Source: Paragordius varius (lineage: Eukaryota; Animalia; Nematomorpha). Taken from it: a stretch of DNA of 64,000 bases. The stretch is from positions 744,001 through 808,000 of the forward strand of contig OZ176051.1 of the NCBI GenBank assembly GCA_964247055.1, in the 5' to 3' direction. Below, piece by piece: positions 58,601-64,000 of the stretch. The position numbers and the translations under genes were made by a program. The notes beneath the pieces were generated by a model. It was not told where the DNA came from, searched no databases, and was given only the letters and a program-made list of their open reading frames with translations. Within the stretch, counting starts at the first letter, position 1; each line of letters begins with the position of its first letter.

Positions 58601-58830
58601 TTAAACTTTGTCCTTAAAAATCGGATATTGATCACCGGTTAACAAAATTATTTTTTATACATTCTCTTAGTAAGACTACATCAAAATATAGAGATAGTTT
58701 GACAAACTCTTTCATATCCGATTTTTACAACGATACTTTAAAAATTAATGTGTTAAACTAGTCGCATCCATACTCAAGTTAAACTTTGTCCTTAAAAATC
58801 GGATATTGGTCACCGGTGAACAAAATTATT
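55700..58830 (+). repeat. Long-range copy of the ~38.4-41.0 kb block (offset ~17.3-17.6 kb)
   Basis: ctatgtcc at 39371/56991 and ttacaaatta at 39681/57301 (both 17620 apart); taaataataa at 38731/55997 (17266). Confidence 0.85.
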
Positions 58831-61800
58831 TTTTATACATTCTCTTAGTAAGACTACATCAAAATATAGAGATAATTTGACAAACTCTTTCATATCCGAT
58901 TTTTACAACGATACTTTAAAAATAAATGTATAAAACTAGGTCTATCAATAAATCGCATCAATACTCAAGTTAAACTTTGTCCTTAAAAATCGGATATTGG
59001 TCACCGGTGAACAAAATTATTTTTTATACATTCTCTTAGTAGGACGACTACATCAAAATATAGAGATAATTTGACAAACTCTTTCATATCCGATTTTTAC
59101 AACGATACTTTAAAAATTATGGTATTAAACCAGTCGCATCAATATTCAAGTTAAACTTTGTCCTTAAAAATCGGATATTGATCACCGGTGAACAAAACTA
59201 TTTTTTATACATTCTCTTAGTAAGACTACATCAAAATATAGAGATAATTTGACAAACTCTTTCATATCCGATTTTTACAACGATACTTTAAAAATAAATG
59301 TATATAACTAGGCGTATCAATAAATCGCATCAATACTCAAGTTAAACTTTGTCCTTAAAAATCGAATATTGGTCACCGGTGAACAAAATTATTTTTTATA
59401 CATTCTCTTAGGACTACATCAAAATATAGAAATAGTTTGACAAACTCTTTCATATGCGATTTTTACAACGATACTTTAAAAATTAATGTATTAAACTAGT
59501 CGCATCAATACTCAAGCTAAACATTGTCCTTAAAAATCGGATATTGGTCACCGGTGAACAAAATTATTTTTTATACATTCTCTTAGTAAGACTACATCAA
59601 AATATAGAGATAGTTTGACAAACTCTTTCATATCCGATTTTTACAACGATACTTAAAAAATTAATGTATAAAACTAGTCGCATCAATACTCAAGTTAACC
59701 TTTGTCCTTAAAAATCGGATATTGGTCACCGGTGAACAAAATTATTTTTTATACATTCTCTTAGTAACACTACATCAAAATATAGAGATAGTTTGACAAA
59801 CTCTTTCATATCCGATTTTTACAACGATACTTTAAAAATTAATGTATAAAACTAGTCGCATCAATACTCAAGTTAACCTTTGTCCTTAAAAATCGGATAT
59901 TGGTCACCGGTGAACAAAATTATTTTTTATACATTCTCTTAGTAAGACTACATCAAAATATAGAGATAGTTTGACAAACTCTTTCATATCCGATTTTTAC
60001 AACGATACTTTAAAAATTAATGTGTTAAACTAGTCGCATCCATACTCAAGTTAAACTTTGTCCTTAAAAATCGGATTTTGGTCACCGGTGAACAAAATTA
60101 TTTTTTATACATTCTCTTAGTAAGACTACATCAAAATATAGAGATAGTTTGACAAACTCTTTCATATCCGATTTTTACAACGATACTTTAAAAATTATGG
60201 TATTAAACCAGTCGCATCAATATTCAAGTTAAACTTTGTCCTTAAAAATTGGATATTGATCACCGGTGAACAAAACTATTTTTTATACATTCTCTTAGTA
60301 AGACTACATCAAAATATAGAGATAATTTGACAAACTCTTTCATATCCGATTTTTACAACGATACTTTAAAAATAAATGTATAAAACTAGGCGTATCAATA
60401 AATCGCATCAATACTCAAGTTAAACTTTGTCCTTAAAAATCGGATATTGGTCACCGGTGAACAAAATTATTTTTTATACATTCTCTTAGTAACACTACAT
60501 CAAAATATAGAGATAGTTTGACAAACTCTTTCATATCCGATTTTTACAACGATACTTTAAAAATTAATGTATAAAACTAGTCGCATCAATACTCAAGTTA
60601 ACCTTTGTCCTTAAAAATCGGATATTGGTCACCGGTGAACAAAATTATTTTTTATACATTCTCTTAGTAAGACTACATCAAAATATAGAGATAGTTTGAC
60701 AAACTCTTTCATATCCGATTTTTACAACGATACTTTAAAAATTAATGTGTTAAACTAGTCGCATCCATACTCAAGTTAAACTTTGTCCTTAAAAATCGGA
60801 TTTTGGTCACCGGTGAACAAAATTATTTTTTATACATTCTCTTAGTAAGACTACATCAAAATATAGAGATAGTTTGACAAACTCTTTCATATCCGATTTT
60901 TACAACGATACTTTAAAAATTATGGTATTAAACCAGTCGCATCAATATTCAAGTTAAACTTTGTCCTTAAAAATCGGATATTGATCACCGGTGAACAAAA
61001 CTATTTTTTATACATTCTCTTAGTAAGACTACATCAAAATATAGAGATAATTTGACAAACTCTTTCATATCCGATTTTTACAACGATACTTTAAAAATAA
61101 ATGTATAAAACTAGGCGTATCAATAAATCGCATCAATACTCAAGTTAAACTTTGTCCTTAAAAATCGAATATTGGTCACCGGTGAACAAAATTATTTTTT
61201 ATACATTCTCTTAGGACTACATCAAAATATAGAAATAGTTTGACAAAATCTTTCATATGCGATTTTTACAACGATACTTTAAAAATTAATGTATTATACT
61301 AGTCGCATCAATACTCAAGCTAAACATTGTCCTTAAAAATCGGATATTGGTCACCGGTGAACAAAATTATTTTTTATACATTCTCTTAGTAAGACTACAT
61401 CAAAATATAGAGATAGTTTGACAAACTCTTTCATATCCGATTTTTACAACGATACTTTAAAAATTATGGTATTAAACCAGTCGCATCAATATAGAAGTTA
61501 AACTTTGTCCTTAAAAATCGGATATTGATCACCGGTGAACAAAACTATTTTTTATACATTCTCTTAGTAAGACTACATCAAAATATAGAGATAATTTGAC
61601 AAACTCTTTCATATCCGATTTTTACAACGATACTTTAAAAATAAATGTATAAAACTAGGTCTATCAATAAATCGCATCAATACTCAAGTTAAACTTTGTC
61701 CTTAAAAATCGGATATTGGTCACCGGTGAACAAAATTATTTTTTATACATTCTCTTAGTAGGACGACTACATCAAAATATACAGATAGTTTGGCAAACTG

Positions 61801-63239
61801 TTTCATATCCGATTTTTACAACGATACTTTAAACATTAATGTATAAAACTAGTCGCATCAATACTCAAGTTAAACTTTGTCCTTAAAAATCGAATATTGG
61901 TCACCGGTGAACAAAATTATTTTTTATACATTCTCTTAGTAGGACTACATCAAAATATAGAGATAGTTTGGCAAACTCTTTCATATCCGATTTTTACAAC
62001 GATACTATAAAAATTAATGTATAAAACTAGTCGCATCAATACTCAAGTTAAACTTTGTCCTTAAAAATCGGATATTGGTCACCGGTGAACAAAATTATTT
62101 TATTTACATTCTCTTAGTAAGACTACATCAAAATATAGAAATAGTTTGACAAACTCTTTCATATGCGATTTTTACAACGATACTTTAAAAATTAATGTAT
62201 TAAACTAGTCGCATCAATACTCAAGCTAAACATTGTCCTTAAAAATCGGATATTGGTTACCGGTGAACAAAACTATTTTTTATACATTCTCTTAGTAAGA
62301 CTACATCGAAATATAGAGATAGTTTGACAAACTCTTTCATATCCGATTTTTACAATGATACTTTAAAAATAATGGTATTAAACCAGTCGCATCAATACTC
62401 AAGTTAAACTTTGTCCTTAAAAATCGGATATTGGTCACCGGTGAACAAAATTATTTTTTATACATTCTCTTAGTAGGACGACTACATCAAAATATAGAAA
62501 TAGTTTGAGAAACTCTTTCATATCCGATTTTTACAACGATACTTTAAAAATTAATGTATTAAACTAGTCGCATCAATACTCAAGTTAAACTTTGTCCTTA
62601 AAAATCGGATATTGTTCACCGGTGAACAAAATTATTTTTTATACATTCTCTTAGCAAGACTACATCAAAATATAGAGATAGTTTGACAAACTCTTTCATA
62701 TCCGATTTTTACAACGATACTTTAAAAATTAATGTATAAAAGTAGTCGCATCAATACTCAAGTTAAACTTTGTCCTTAAAAATCGGATATTGGTCACCGG
62801 TGAACAAAATTATTTTATTTACATTCTCTTGGTAAGACTACATAAATAATAAAAAAATAGTTTGACAAACTCTTTCATATCCGATTTTTACAACGATACT
62901 TTAAAAATTAATGTATTAAACTAGTCGCATCAATACTCAAGTTAAACTTTGTCCTTAAAAATCGGATATTGTTCACCGGTGAACAAAATTATTTTTTATA
63001 CATTCTCTTAGTAAGACTACATCAAAATATAGAGATAGTTTGGCAAACTCTTTCATATTCGATTTTTACAACGATACTTTAAAAATTATGGTATTAAACC
63101 AGTCGCATCAAAACTCAAGTTAAACTTTGTCCTTAAAAATCGGATATTGGTCACCGGTGAACAAAATTATTTTATTTACATTCTCTTAGTAAGACTACAT
63201 CAAAATATAGAAATAGTTTGACAAACTCTTTCATATGCG

Positions 63240-64000
63240 ATTTTTACAACGATACTTTAAAAATTAATGTATTAAACTAGTCGCATCAATACTCAAGCTA
63301 AACATTGTCCTTAAAAATCGGATATTGGTTACCGGTGAACAAAACTATTTTTTATACATTCTCTTAGTAAGACTACATCGAAATATAGAGATAGTTTGAC
63401 AAACTCTTTCATATCCGATTTTTACAATGATACTTTAAAAATAATGGTATTAAACCAGTCGCATCAATACTCAAGTTAAACTTTGTCCTTAAAAATCGGA
63501 TATTGGTCACCGGTGAACAAAACTATTTTTTATACATTCTCTTAGTAAGACTACATCAAAATATAGAGATAATTTGACAAACTCTTTCATATCCGATTTT
63601 TACAACGATACTTTAAAAATAAATGTATAAAACTAGGCGTATCAATAAATCGCATCAATACTCAAGTTAAACTTTGTCCTTAAAAATCGGATATTGGTCA
63701 CCGGTTAACAAAATTATTTTTTATACATTCTCTTAGTAGGACGACTACATCAAAATATAGAAATAGTTTGACAAACTCTTTCATATCCGATTTTTACAAC
63801 GATACTTTAAAAATTAATGTATTAAACTAGTCGCATCAATACTCAAGTTAAACTTTGTCCTTAAAAATCGGATATTGTTCACCGGTGAACAAAATTATTT
63901 TTTATACATTCTCTTAGCAAGACTACATCAAAATATAGAGATAGTTTGACATACTCTTTCATATCCGATTTTTACAACGATACTTTAAAAATTAATGTAT
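63240..64000 (+). repeat. Copy of the ~55.1-55.9 kb block (offset 8109 bp)
   Basis: ggttaccgg at 55218/63327 and gacatactc at 55841/63950. Confidence 0.85.

Larger units (their letters stand above)
1..64000. repeat. AT-rich tandem satellite DNA array, 178/191-bp monomers, ~350 copies, head-to-tail in one orientation; extends beyond both window edges
   Basis: The motifs ttttacaacgatac, aaaaatcggatattggtcaccggtgaac and gactacatcaaaatatagagatagtttg recur every 178 or 191 bp from the first to the last line. I saw no non-satellite sequence. Confidence 0.99.

Noticed and set aside
1-64000. Protein-coding genes or a repetitive ORF
   Set aside because: Monomer lengths 178 and 191 are not multiples of 3, and stop codons (taa/tag/tga, and tta/cta/tca for the minus strand) are dense in every monomer. 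I saw no long ORF on either strand.
1-64000. Bacterial promoters, replication-origin iterons or tRNA/rRNA genes
   Set aside because: TATA-like and AT-rich words are expected by chance at ~72% AT; I saw no cloverleaf, rRNA motifs or associated rep gene.

Overview
The whole 64-kb window is one uninterrupted, single-orientation tandem satellite array of roughly 350 monomers. The base monomer is 178 bp and about 27-28% GC (49/178 in my hand-built consensus). Consensus: ttttacaacgatactttaaaaattaatgtataaaactagtcgcatcaatactcaagttaaactttgtccttaaaaatcggatattggtcaccggtgaacaaaattattttttatacattctcttagtaagactacatcaaaatatagagatagtttgacaaactctttcatatccgat. A 191-bp variant carries a 13-bp internal tandem duplication. 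I found no genes, RNA genes, CRISPR array, transposon insertion or inversion. The interest lies in two things. First, each monomer has a 14-bp perfect inverted repeat pair, each arm flanked on its outer side by a palindrome and the right one followed by a T-run; this resembles the ends of Helentron/DINE-1-type non-autonomous elements. Second, monomer variants form successive higher-order repeat (HOR) domains with measured periods of 2194, 1292, 734, 2557, 2010, 1613/1435, 356/900/1078/1978 and 1072 bp, plus long-range copies at offsets of about 6.9, 8.1, 13.9 and 17.6 kb. This looks like eukaryotic (peri)centromeric or heterochromatic satellite; the host and the family cannot be named from sequence alone. 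All offsets were measured by hand from diagnostic variant motifs, and domain boundaries are approximate.
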